Assembly: GCA_963663165.1 (NCBI GenBank) | Contig: OY760175.1 | Coordinates: 3,744,001-3,808,000, forward strand | Direction: 5' to 3' | From: an uncultured Desulfospira sp. | GTDB taxonomy: Bacteria; Desulfobacterota; Desulfobacteria; Desulfobacterales; Desulfobacteraceae | DNA length: 64,000 nucleotides | Shown here: positions 10,437 to 20,211 of the stretch, one piece after another | Numbering within the stretch: the stretch's first letter is position 1 | Layout of the letters: each line of letters opens with the position of its first letter | The notes under the pieces: generated by a model | Told to the model about the DNA's origin: nothing | The model's database searches: none | What the model saw: only the letters and a program-made list of their open reading frames with translations | Made by a program: the position numbers and the translations under genes

Positions 10437-12437
10437 ATGGACGCAGCAACTCAAGATATTTCAACGAAATGGCCCTATCCCGTACGGTATGAAGAAGAAA
10501 TTGAGGACCAGGCCGATGTGCTCATCATTGGGGGCGGCATCGCCGGTTGCCATGCGGCGCTTTCCGCATTAAGAAAAGGCTCCCGTGTGATCGTCGTGGA
10601 TAAATCCGCTGTAAAAATCAGTGGGTCAGGGGGAATCGGCGTGGACCACTGGCACGGTGCCATCGGCAATCCATGCTGTACCATTACGCCTGAAGAATGG
10701 ATTGAACAGGTGGATGAATACGACTATAAAGTCACCTCCGAATTCGGACTCGGTCCTGTTTGTTATATTCTGGGAAAGGAAAGCTATGACGCCATGGTGG
10801 AGGTTGAAGAACTGGGCGCCCAGGTCCGGGATGAAAACGACGTGTTCAAAGGGGCTGATTTCAGAGATGATAAAACAAAATTGATGTTCGCTTATGACTA
10901 TGACGGAAAACACTGCGTTCGGGTCTTTGGATCCGGAATCAAAGCCGCCTTGTACAAGGGGTTAAAAAAAGCCGGTGTCAAATTTTATGAGCATGTCATG
11001 GTAACCGGACTGCTCAATGAGAACGGGAAACAGGGAAACCGTGTGGTGGGGGCCACGGGTGTTAACGTCCGTACCGGGGAATTCATCGTTTTCAAGGCAA
11101 AGGCCACGGTGATCAGTTCAGGACGCGCCAATCATATCTGGAATTTTTCAACGGAAAAGGTCGGATTAGGCGAGTCGCCGGGCGACCCCAACTGCGCCGG
11201 TGACGGCTTTGTGATGGCCTACCGGGCCGGAGCGGAACTCACAATGATGGAAGCCAGCCTCCCTGTCACGAGCCCTGGTTTTTTTCCAAGATACGGCCAA
11301 GGGAATTCCCATAACACATGGTATGCATGCACATTGGTGGATGCCAACGGAAAAGAGATCCCCTGGGTAGACCGGGATGGAAACCAATTGGAAACCGTTT
11401 CTCAGCGATACCGGACCCAGCCTGGGCAAAAATTTTTTTTATTTTCACGCCACTATCCGTTCATGCCGTTTAAATACCGTGGTCCCTCAATGATTCTTGA
11501 TCTTGAAAAAAGGATCATGAGCGGTGAATTTACCCTGCCGCTATACGCAGACCTGCCGGGAATGCCGGAACACGAGCGCCGGGCCATATTTGGCCTCATG
11601 GTGGGGAATGAGGGCAAAAGCCGGATCCCTGTCTATGATGTGTACACCAAGGCAGGATTTGATCCGGACAAAGACCTGCTCCAGAACCGGGCCCTTCCGG
11701 TTGAGTGCCTGAAAGGCCAGAAGCCGGAACCCAAGGTAAAACTGGCACCGCAGCCCAGGAATTTCGGATTTGTGGGGGGGTACGGGGGGCTGGTGTTTGA
11801 CTGGGACTTGAAGACCACACTGGACGGGCTTTATGTTGCAGGAGAACCTTTGGCCGGAGGTGCCAATTACGCAGCGTCTGTCACGTCCGGACGATATGCC
11901 GGCAGAAAAGCCGCACAATACGCTATGGGCAATAGTAACGATTCCCAAATCTCCAGAGAACAAGTGGAAAATGAAAAGAAACGGGCCTATGAACCGATCA
12001 AGCGGACAGAGGGGATGGGATGGAAGGAATTTCAGACCGGATTATGCCGAATCATGCAGGAATACTGCGGTGAATACAAAACCAAAGAGACTCTGGACCT
12101 GGCAGGACAATGGTTATCCAATATCCGTGACAGCGAGGCGTCAACTGTTTTAGCCAGAAATCCCCACGAATTACAGCGCTCCTTAGAGGTCCTGATCAGC
12201 CTTGAAATGAGCCAGGTCATTGTTCAGGCGTCACTGGCGAGAAAGGCCAGCAGTTATGATTTGGGATTTAACCGGATCGACTATCCAAACGTCGATCCTG
12301 ATGAATGGAAAAAATATCTTACCATCAAATCTGAAAACGGGCAGACCGTATATGGAGAACTGCCGCTCAACTACTGGTTAAAACCGCCTTATGCCCCAAC
12401 CTATGCCGAAAACTATGAAAAACATTGTTCGCTATAG
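10437..12437 (+). CDS. FAD-dependent oxidoreductase, AprA/SdhA superfamily
   Basis: DVLIIGGGIAG, SGSGGIGVDHW, GDGFVMAYRAGA, GLYVAGE, RIMQEYCG, NPHEL, RIDYP. Confidence 0.85.
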   Translation: MDAATQDISTKWPYPVRYEEEIEDQADVLIIGGGIAGCHAALSALRKGSRVIVVDKSAVKISGSGGIGVDHWHGAIGNPCCTITPEEWIEQVDEYDYKVTSEFGLGPVCYILGKESYDAMVEVEELGAQVRDENDVFKGADFRDDKTKLMFAYDYDGKHCVRVFGSGIKAALYKGLKKAGVKFYEHVMVTGLLNENGKQGNRVVGATGVNVRTGEFIVFKAKATVISSGRANHIWNFSTEKVGLGESPGDPNCAGDGFVMAYRAGAELTMMEASLPVTSPGFFPRYGQGNSHNTWYACTLVDANGKEIPWVDRDGNQLETVSQRYRTQPGQKFFLFSRHYPFMPFKYRGPSMILDLEKRIMSGEFTLPLYADLPGMPEHERRAIFGLMVGNEGKSRIPVYDVYTKAGFDPDKDLLQNRALPVECLKGQKPEPKVKLAPQPRNFGFVGGYGGLVFDWDLKTTLDGLYVAGEPLAGGANYAASVTSGRYAGRKAAQYAMGNSNDSQISREQVENEKKRAYEPIKRTEGMGWKEFQTGLCRIMQEYCGEYKTKETLDLAGQWLSNIRDSEASTVLARNPHELQRSLEVLISLEMSQVIVQASLARKASSYDLGFNRIDYPNVDPDEWKKYLTIKSENGQTVYGELPLNYWLKPPYAPTYAENYEKHCSL

Positions 12438-12473
12438 GCCTTTTTTTGCCAAGAATAAAATGAGGAAAATCAG

Positions 12474-12812
12474 ATGACACATATAGCTTATGCGGTCCCG
12501 AATACGGCGACTTTAGGTCAGACCATTGTCATTGACCCGGAATATTGCGTTGGATGTAACGCCTGTGTAGATGCGTGCCGATGCCAGGTTTTTTTGCCCG
12601 GCCCGGTCAAAGGCGGCCCGCCGGTGATCATGTACCCTGACGAATGCTGGTTATGCGGGTGCTGCGTTGAGTCCTGCCGGCAGGAAGATGCCATCCGCTT
12701 TGTGCATACCTTAAGCCAACGGGTCAACTGGAAGCGGAAAGATACCGGAGCATTTTACAGAATCGGCATGTGCAATCCACCGCCGCCCAATACCAAGCCG
12801 TTGGTTCGGTAA
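12474..12812 (+). CDS. 2[4Fe-4S] ferredoxin with AprB-like C-terminal tail
   Basis: CVGCNACVDAC and YPDECWLCGCCVESC; tail WKRKDTG. Confidence 0.85.
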   Translation: MTHIAYAVPNTATLGQTIVIDPEYCVGCNACVDACRCQVFLPGPVKGGPPVIMYPDECWLCGCCVESCRQEDAIRFVHTLSQRVNWKRKDTGAFYRIGMCNPPPPNTKPLVR

Positions 12813-13142
12813 TTTCATCCGCGCATTGGCGTGTTGGAATAAGCAGATTCCCTGCAACCACCCCGGTGACTGGCCCGGGTTAACTTAAAATAATACATAA
12901 CTTCAATAAAATGTAGGGATTTAGGCTGAAGGGGTTTAGGGCTGTGCATCCCTTCAGCCTAACCACCTTCAGCCTAATTACCTTTTCTACATTAAATTTA
13001 CTAACGATATCCCAATGTCATAATCCAATCACCCCGGTGACCGGCCGGGCAGGCGTTGCATTTTTTCTTAACGGCTGATAAGATGCCGCATCTTTTGTTC
13101 GTTACCAGCGTTTAATTCAACAGGCAAAAAAGGAGAGCGATA

Positions 13143-14117
13143 ATGAAACATCATTTGTTTGTTCTGATACCCGCCCTTGTATCTTTACTATTGCTGCCCG
13201 GACTCTGCATGGCCGAACCATCCGGAAAACTGATCATTTTCCATGCCGGCAGCCTGACCGTCCCCTTTGCAGACATTGAAAAGGCCTTTGAAGCCGCATA
13301 CCCAGAGGTGGACGTTCTCCGGGAAGCCGGGGGCAGCACCAAAATGGCCCGGTTGATCTCAGAGGTGGGAAAGCCGGCCGACATCATGGCCTCTGCCGAC
13401 TATACGGTCATTGACAACAACCTGATCCCCGGCTTTGCCCAGTGGAATGTCCGGTTTGCCAGCAACCAGCTGGTGTTGTGCTATACGGAAAACAGCCGGT
13501 CCGCCGATAAAGTCAACAGCGATAACTGGTATGAAATCCTGGCTGAAAAAGGCGTGGAATGGGGGCACTCGGACCCGAACCTGGACCCCTGCGGCTACCG
13601 CAGCCTCATGGTCCTTCAACTGGCTGAAAAATTCTATAATATTCCCGGCCTTTACGACAAGCTTCTGGCCAACCGCCCCCAAAAGAATGTGCGGCCCAAA
13701 TCCGTGGAACTGGTGAACCTGCTTAAAACCGGCCACATGGATTATGCCTGGGAATATCTGTCCGTGGCCATCCAGCACGAACTTAAGTATGTTACCTTGA
13801 ACGATCACATCAACCTGGGCAATTATAAATACGACGAATTCTACAAACAGGCCGCCGTTGAGGTCACCGGGAAAAAACCGGGCACCTTCACCACCAAAAA
13901 GGGAAAATCCTGCACCTATGGGATTACCATGATTAAAGATGCGCCCAACCCCGAAGCGGCCCAGGCATTTCTGGCCTTTTTGCTCTCCCCGGACAAGGGA
14001 TTGAAAACCCTTAAAGAAATGGGGCAGCCCCCGTTTATCCCGGCCCGGGTACCCACCGATGAAATGGCAAAGAAACTGCCGGCCGCCATTTCAGGGCTTG
14101 TAGAGGTCAAAAACTGA
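13143..14117 (+). CDS. wtpA: Tungstate/molybdate ABC substrate-binding protein
   Basis: [38 protein letters not shown]. Confidence 0.9.
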   Translation: MKHHLFVLIPALVSLLLLPGLCMAEPSGKLIIFHAGSLTVPFADIEKAFEAAYPEVDVLREAGGSTKMARLISEVGKPADIMASADYTVIDNNLIPGFAQWNVRFASNQLVLCYTENSRSADKVNSDNWYEILAEKGVEWGHSDPNLDPCGYRSLMVLQLAEKFYNIPGLYDKLLANRPQKNVRPKSVELVNLLKTGHMDYAWEYLSVAIQHELKYVTLNDHINLGNYKYDEFYKQAAVEVTGKKPGTFTTKKGKSCTYGITMIKDAPNPEAAQAFLAFLLSPDKGLKTLKEMGQPPFIPARVPTDEMAKKLPAAISGLVEVKN

Positions 14118-14120
14118 TTG

Positions 14121-14909
14121 ATGGGTAAACCCGACCGTATGGGCAGGCTGTTCATGATGTTCAGCCTGCCTGTGATTTTGTTTTTAACCGTTCCCCTGAT
14201 CAAGATGATCACCGGGCCCACCCCTGGCCTGCTCTTTGAGACCCTGGCGGATAAAGATGTGCTGGCCGCCATTGCCCGCTCCCTTGGGCTCTCTCTTGCG
14301 GCAGGCGTACTTGCCTTTGGACTTGGGACCCCGTTAAGCTATCTTCTGGCCAGAAAAGAGTTTTGGGGCAAAAAAATCATTGAGGGCATTATTGACCTGC
14401 CCGTGATGATTCCCCACCCCGTGGTGGGCATTGCCATTTTAAGCCTGGCCGGACGGACCCATCCCTTTGGAAAATTTTTGTCCAGTATCGGCATTCAGAT
14501 CATGGGAACCCAGACCGGGATTATCACGGTGCTGGTGTTTGTGGGCATCCCTTTCTATGTCAACACGGTAAAGGCCGGGTTTGAAAGTGTGCCCATCCGC
14601 CTTGAATACGCATCAAGGACCCTTGGGGCCGGCACCTTTGAAACCTTCCGGCGGATCACCCTGCCCCTGACCTGGCGGCACATGGTTTTGGGCATCATCA
14701 TGTGTACGGCCCGGGCCATTTCCGAATTCGGGGCCGTGGTGATCGTGGCCTACCACCCCATGACCGCACCGGTGATGATTTACGAGCGGTTCACCGCCTA
14801 TGGCCTGAAATATTCCCAGCCCGTGGCGGTTTGGCTGATTCTGTTGTCCCTGCTCCTTTTCATTGTCTTGAGAATGCTGTCCAGATCTGCTGTCCAATAT
14901 CACAGGTAA
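14121..14909 (+). CDS. wtpB: Tungstate/molybdate ABC permease
   Basis: DLPVMIPHPVVGIA, ASRTLGA, ARAISEFGAV. Confidence 0.88.
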   Translation: MGKPDRMGRLFMMFSLPVILFLTVPLIKMITGPTPGLLFETLADKDVLAAIARSLGLSLAAGVLAFGLGTPLSYLLARKEFWGKKIIEGIIDLPVMIPHPVVGIAILSLAGRTHPFGKFLSSIGIQIMGTQTGIITVLVFVGIPFYVNTVKAGFESVPIRLEYASRTLGAGTFETFRRITLPLTWRHMVLGIIMCTARAISEFGAVVIVAYHPMTAPVMIYERFTAYGLKYSQPVAVWLILLSLLLFIVLRMLSRSAVQYHR

Positions 14910-14912
14910 GCC

Positions 14913-15977
14913 ATGATCCGTCTTGACCACATCAACCTTTCCTTTCCCGGATTCTCCCTTGAAAACATCAACCTGGATATCCGGGAAAAGGATTTTTTCG
15001 CCCTGATCGGCCCCACCGGCTCGGGCAAGTCCCTGGTGCTGGAAATCATCATGGGCCTGGTCTCCTTTTCTTCAGGGAATTTGTTGTTCAAAGACCAGGA
15101 TCTGGGGCGGGTGCCGGTCGAAAAAAGACAGCTGGCCCTGGTTTATCAGGATTTTGCCCTGTTTCCCCACCTTACGGTGGCCGGCAATATCCTCTACGGC
15201 ATCCGGTATCACGGCATTGAAAAAGGCCAGGGCCGCCAGCGCCTCAAGCATCTGGCAACCACCCTGGGGCTGGAAAGGATTCTTGGCCGAAAGCCCCACA
15301 ACCTAAGCGGCGGGGAAAAACAGCGGGCGGCCCTGGCCCGGGCTTTGATCCTGAACCCCGCGGTTCTGCTGCTGGATGAGCCCTTATCTGCCCTGGACCC
15401 GGAATTCCATGCTGAAGCCAAGAACCTTCTCAAACAGATCCACCAGGACATGGACATGACCATTGTCATGGTCTCCCACAATTTCAGCGACGTTATGTAC
15501 CTGGCCAACCGGGGGGCGGTGATCCACCAGGGCCGCATCTGCCAGACCGGGGATATCACCACCCTGTTTGAAAAACCCGACTCCCTGTTCACGGCCCGGT
15601 TTGTGGGCATGAAAAATATTATGCCGGCCCGGGCCGCCAATGGAAAACTTCGCATAGAAGGCTCAGACGCCATTATGGCAACCAGCACCCATGGCCCCGG
15701 CACAATACAGGGCTGCATGGGAATCCGGCCCGAAGATATTGTGTTTATCCCCGAGGGTGCCCCATTCTCCGGAAACCCTGCCAACCGGTTTCAAGGGACC
15801 ATCACCCATATCGCAAATCAGGGCATGTTTGTGGAACTTCACATGGCCGCCTGCGGGCTCACCTTTGAAGCGGCCTGGCCCCGGCGGTATTTAAAGGACC
15901 ATCATCTGGATATCGGCCGGCAGGTCAGCTTTGCCGTAGCGCCGGAAGCCGTGCATGTGATCCCGGCATCCCCATAA
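14913..15977 (+). CDS. wtpC: Tungstate/molybdate ABC ATPase with C-terminal TOBE domain
   Basis: GPTGSGKS, LSGGEKQR, LLLDEP. Confidence 0.88.
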   Translation: MIRLDHINLSFPGFSLENINLDIREKDFFALIGPTGSGKSLVLEIIMGLVSFSSGNLLFKDQDLGRVPVEKRQLALVYQDFALFPHLTVAGNILYGIRYHGIEKGQGRQRLKHLATTLGLERILGRKPHNLSGGEKQRAALARALILNPAVLLLDEPLSALDPEFHAEAKNLLKQIHQDMDMTIVMVSHNFSDVMYLANRGAVIHQGRICQTGDITTLFEKPDSLFTARFVGMKNIMPARAANGKLRIEGSDAIMATSTHGPGTIQGCMGIRPEDIVFIPEGAPFSGNPANRFQGTITHIANQGMFVELHMAACGLTFEAAWPRRYLKDHHLDIGRQVSFAVAPEAVHVIPASP

Positions 15978-16074
15978 ACCTTTCTTAAATATTGCTTCCC
16001 TCAGGGCAAATTAATCTGGTATAGGTGATTAGATTTTATCCAACCTTTAACAGCAATTGTAATCATCTGGACCC

Positions 16075-16962
16075 ATGAACACCAGCACACCAGCACATTC
16101 TGCCAAATTGAATTTATCCCGGTCTCCGGTGCCAAAAGGAGAAGTCTGGCTTGGCACTGAGTTTATGGCCAAAGCAGGCCTTCAAGATACCCTTGACAAT
16201 CACCTTAAAATTGCTGAACAGCTCGGGCAGGATATCGTCTGCCTTCCGGTTGCCCTGGACACCAGCAGCAAACCGCCACTGGGATACCGGTATTTTACCC
16301 CGGATGATATCCGGACGGCCGCTGCAGGCAGCCGCCGGTTTATTGCCGCTGCCGTTGACGGCCCTTTCCAGGAGCTGGTGAACCAAAAGGGACTGATGGC
16401 GGTTTTGACCGGATGGATCAGTGATCGTGACGCACTGCAGGATGCCTATGCCGCCGAACAGGAAAAAACCATGGCGTTAATTCAAGAAAGCATGGAAAAC
16501 GGTGCTGACGCTATCATTATCATGGATGACCTTTCCGGAGACCAGGGGCCCATGATCAGCCCTGATGATATCGACATGATGTGTTCCGGCTTTTATGAAG
16601 CAGCGGCAAACCGGGTCCATGGTGCCGACAGGCTTGTGCTGCTTCATTGCTGTGGAAAAATCACCGGGCTTGCCAGGGTAATCGGCAAATGGCAGCTCGA
16701 CGGCTTTGCCGCAGTTCAACATCAGGCCAATGATCTGGTTCACCTTCAGTCGCTTTTTCCCTCATGCATTCTTATGGCAGGGATAGACGGGAATCTTCTT
16801 GAAGGCCCCCTGACCGATGCAGCACAGGACGAATTTAGAACCCTGACCCAACAACTGCTCAAAACCGGCCGCTTCATTCTCAGCTCTGCCTGCGGACTCT
16901 ACAGCGGCACCTTTTTTGAAAGAATCCGGCACCTGTATAAAATTGCCGACCAGCAGATTTAA
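16075..16962 (+). CDS. UROD/MtaA-family protein (Zn-binding methyltransferase-like)
   Basis: IIIMDDL, MISP, LHCCG, FILSSACG. Confidence 0.7.
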   Translation: MNTSTPAHSAKLNLSRSPVPKGEVWLGTEFMAKAGLQDTLDNHLKIAEQLGQDIVCLPVALDTSSKPPLGYRYFTPDDIRTAAAGSRRFIAAAVDGPFQELVNQKGLMAVLTGWISDRDALQDAYAAEQEKTMALIQESMENGADAIIIMDDLSGDQGPMISPDDIDMMCSGFYEAAANRVHGADRLVLLHCCGKITGLARVIGKWQLDGFAAVQHQANDLVHLQSLFPSCILMAGIDGNLLEGPLTDAAQDEFRTLTQQLLKTGRFILSSACGLYSGTFFERIRHLYKIADQQI

Positions 16963-17223
16963 ATTCTTGGCTGCCCTTCTGACGACAGGTCCATGATCTT
17001 TTGACCCTACCGGATGCCTTCCATTCCGTGGTGCAATGTCCGGATTAATGCCTGAATAGTTACAAACTATCTATTATTTTTTGTAACACCGGGCAACATC
17101 CCCCCTCTCATAATCTATATATATATAAATACGCAGATCAACCCCAACAAGCCTTGTATTTATGGGGTGATCACCCTAATTATGGCTAAATTTACGCCAT
17201 ATTTCTACGTCCGTTAAAAATCC

Positions 17224-17254
17224 CTTGACAGAGTTATATAGATAACTTTATATA
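17224..17254 (+). promoter_or_regulatory. Sigma70 promoter with overlapping palindromic operator (GntR candidate)
   Basis: cTTGACAgAGTTATATAGATAACTttatata; 30/31 identical to reverse complement of 24741-24771. Confidence 0.8.
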
Positions 17255-17324
17255 TGTTTAATATACCACAACCATAGGCTAACCCGCTTTCCGAAACAGA
17301 CCAATAAATAGAAAGGAATCTATA

Positions 17325-17957
17325 ATGTTTAATGATTTAATAAATGCGGTGACCGGCATGAAGGAACAGGAAGCACTTGCCATCACAAAAGAGCTGCTGG
17401 ACAACAACGCCGATCCTGTGGGCTTGCTGGATGCCTGTACCCAGGCAATGGAGACGATTGGAGAAAAATTTGAAGCCGGTGTTTATTTCCTTCCTGAACT
17501 GATGATGGCCGGTGAAATGCTCAAACAGATTTCCGATATTGTCAAACCCATGATCAAAACCCGGACAAAAAACGAAAACGCCGGCAAAGTTCTCATTGGG
17601 ACCGTCCAGGGAGACATTCATGACATTGGGAAAGACATCGTTACCTTTCTTCTGGATGTAAACGGCTTTAATGTCCGTGATATCGGAATCGACGTCCCGC
17701 CGGAAACCTTTGTAAAGGAAATCCAGGATTTCAAGCCCCAGATTGTCGGCATGAGCGGCCTCCTTACCCTGGCCTACGATGCCATGAAAGATACGGTTGC
17801 CGCCATAGATAAAGCCGGGTTGCGAAATGATATCAAAATTATCATCGGCGGCGGCCAGATGAGTGATAAAATTGCTGACTACGCCGGGGCGGATGCCTGC
17901 GCAAAAGACGCAATGGACGGCATCAACACGATTAAAAAATGGGTTGCCAACGCATAA
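17325..17957 (+). CDS. Corrinoid (B12-binding) methyl-carrier protein
   Basis: Cap domain FLPELMMAG; GTVQGDIHDIGK; SGLLT; GGG. Confidence 0.93.
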   Translation: MFNDLINAVTGMKEQEALAITKELLDNNADPVGLLDACTQAMETIGEKFEAGVYFLPELMMAGEMLKQISDIVKPMIKTRTKNENAGKVLIGTVQGDIHDIGKDIVTFLLDVNGFNVRDIGIDVPPETFVKEIQDFKPQIVGMSGLLTLAYDAMKDTVAAIDKAGLRNDIKIIIGGGQMSDKIADYAGADACAKDAMDGINTIKKWVANA

Positions 17958-18067
17958 AGGCCGCCATGTCTGCGGGCAGGGTTACCAAGGCCGAAAACCA
18001 CGATTGACATTTTAAAAGAATCACAGGGTCTATTGTTAAACGATCCCATAAAGGAACCCATCAGCAA

Positions 18068-18922
18068 ATGGAAACCATAGTTACAAACGGTGATCATAAA
18101 GTAACCATCTCCCATGACGGCCCCACCATTATGATCGGTGAAAGAATCAATCCGACCGGCAAGAAAAAAATGGCTGAAGCTCTGAGAAAAGGCGATCTTC
18201 AAATTGTCAGAGAGCAGGCTGTTTCCCAGGTTGCTGCCGGCGCCCAGATATTGGACATCAACGTTGTCACCGAAGGGGTTGATGAAATCGAACTGCTTCC
18301 CAGGGTTATTGAAGCGGTTCTTGAAGTGGTTCAGGTCCCCCTGTGCATTGATATCAACAATCCCAAAGCTCTGAAAAAGGCGCTTGAGGTTTATCCCGGC
18401 AAAGCGCTGGTTAACTCGGTATCGGCTGAAAAAAAATCCCTGGCCGAGGTGCTGCCCCTAATCAAAAAATACAATGCCGCTGTTATCGGCCTTGCCCTTG
18501 ATGATGGCGGCATACCAAAAACAGCACAAAAACGCCTTGAAATTGCAAAACTGATTGTGGAACAGGGCGAGGCTGCCGGCATTGGGAAAGAAGATATAGT
18601 GATTGATTCCCTGTGTCTGGCATTGGGCAGTGATGACCAGGCCGCAACCGTAACACTTGATGCTGTGCGAATGATCAAAGAAGAACTGGGGGTCAATCAG
18701 ACCCTTGGCGCCAGCAATGTCTCCTTTGGCCTGCCGGCCAGAATGGAAGTCAACAAGGCGTTCCTGCCCCTTGCCATTGCCAACGGAGTGACCTGCCCGA
18801 CGGTCAACCCCAACCATGTCGGGGCCACCATTATGGCAACGGACCTTGTTTTAGGGCGGGACCGCTTCTCCATGCGGTATATCAAAAATTATCGGCAGAA
18901 AAGCGGCCCGTCTGACGTTTAA
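18068..18922 (+). CDS. Methyl-corrinoid:tetrahydrofolate methyltransferase (pterin-binding, MetH/AcsE-like)
   Basis: IGERINPTGKK, LDIN, LCID, NSVS, GASNVSFGLP. Confidence 0.9.
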   Translation: METIVTNGDHKVTISHDGPTIMIGERINPTGKKKMAEALRKGDLQIVREQAVSQVAAGAQILDINVVTEGVDEIELLPRVIEAVLEVVQVPLCIDINNPKALKKALEVYPGKALVNSVSAEKKSLAEVLPLIKKYNAAVIGLALDDGGIPKTAQKRLEIAKLIVEQGEAAGIGKEDIVIDSLCLALGSDDQAATVTLDAVRMIKEELGVNQTLGASNVSFGLPARMEVNKAFLPLAIANGVTCPTVNPNHVGATIMATDLVLGRDRFSMRYIKNYRQKSGPSDV

Positions 18923-18924
18923 AA

Positions 18925-20181
18925 TCAATTGTAAACCCCATATTCTTTTGTCGTTGTCTCCATAATCTTCACATTCTCCGGTTTGGCTTCATCCGGGATA
19001 CCTACGGCACCGTCCATGATAAAGCCGCCATCTTTTCCAACGACATCAATCAATTTTTTGCAATATTCCTCAACCATTTCCGGAGTCTCCATAATCAGCA
19101 TTGATGCAGGCACATTTCCTCGGATACACACCCGGTCTCTTAAAACTTCTTTGGCTTTAAAAAGGTCTGTTCCTTCAAAATGGTAGATGGCCTTTCCGGC
19201 AGGTATGTCCTTTATTATCTCCAGGCGTGAATCACATTTCCCTTCCCAAATCGGACAAGGAACCAAATCATGATTGATGAATTCCATCATAAGCTCACGA
19301 AGCGTCGGCCAATAAAAGGTTTTGAATTGATCTGGAGACATGAATCCGTCCAGACCTTTGTGCAGGGGCATAAAGATGTAGGGAATACCGGAATTCTTGG
19401 CATCAGCAATAGCGGACCGGGCTAAAACAGGCAGGGCCTTCTCCAAAGCCATAAGAAGTTTTTCCGGATGTCTGTACATATCCAGCATAATGCCTCTGGT
19501 GCCACGAAAATTATCCCCAAAATAATCAAAGGGCGCATAGGCAGTGGCCCCAAACATATGCGGAAAGCCAAATTCATCCATCTCTTTTCCAAACGCGCCG
19601 GCTTTCGCCGCCCATCGTTGCCCTTCGGCGCCGGCCTCAAGCAAGGCTTGAAGCGCCGAAGTTATTTCCGGCAGACCTAGCATAGCGGCAGATTTCGGGA
19701 CTCTCAGGTAATACTGGCCCGGTAGATACGGCAACTTTTTCAGGCCATCAAGGGTTCCACAAATGCGGGGAAGATAAAACCGGAGCATGAAATCTGTCGG
19801 ATCGAACAGATAGACATCGTATTCATCAGCTGTCATGTATTCTTTTTCCACCACCTGGAAAGAATGATCAACCGGAACACCGTAACCCGGCCTTTTCACC
19901 TGATTAAAGTCAAGAATTCCCATGAGGGGGCCCAGGCCAAAAAGCCCGTAAGGATTCAGATACTGATCCGGTTCATATTCCAAGATCGCTTTCTTTGTAG
20001 CATCTCTCAAGTTGTCATAATCATGCATGTAGTCCTTGCATGTCATTCCAGCATATTTCGCGGGGAAAAAGCTGAACATAGGAACAAAGGGGACACGATC
20101 CGGCTTTTTCAATTTGGCAGCGTCATCAATCCTTTTCATCCGTTCTTTTTTCAATAATTCAATTTTATTCTTCTCCATCAT
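18925..20181 (-). CDS. UROD-family protein, probable substrate:corrinoid methyltransferase
   Basis: KPDRVP, EYMTADEYD, RGTRGIMLDMYR, PLHKG, FYWPTL, GNVP, GGFIMD. Confidence 0.8.
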   Translation of the reverse strand: MMEKNKIELLKKERMKRIDDAAKLKKPDRVPFVPMFSFFPAKYAGMTCKDYMHDYDNLRDATKKAILEYEPDQYLNPYGLFGLGPLMGILDFNQVKRPGYGVPVDHSFQVVEKEYMTADEYDVYLFDPTDFMLRFYLPRICGTLDGLKKLPYLPGQYYLRVPKSAAMLGLPEITSALQALLEAGAEGQRWAAKAGAFGKEMDEFGFPHMFGATAYAPFDYFGDNFRGTRGIMLDMYRHPEKLLMALEKALPVLARSAIADAKNSGIPYIFMPLHKGLDGFMSPDQFKTFYWPTLRELMMEFINHDLVPCPIWEGKCDSRLEIIKDIPAGKAIYHFEGTDLFKAKEVLRDRVCIRGNVPASMLIMETPEMVEEYCKKLIDVVGKDGGFIMDGAVGIPDEAKPENVKIMETTTKEYGVYN

Positions 20182-20211
20182 CTTTGAACCTCCACCTTTT
20201 GAGGACAGGCA

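Noticed and set aside
5548..12812. Dissimilatory aprBA or sdhAB call
   Set aside because: Gene order flavoprotein-ferredoxin, divergent motifs, no qmo or membrane anchor, TRAP/IclR context.
17115..17128. (TA)n tract as phase-variation switch
   Set aside because: Short and about 100 bp upstream of the predicted -35; no supporting evidence.
16963..17324. Cobalamin riboswitch before corrinoid genes (also checked 52400-52850)
   Set aside because: No B12-box or GGGAA...GCCACTG core visible.
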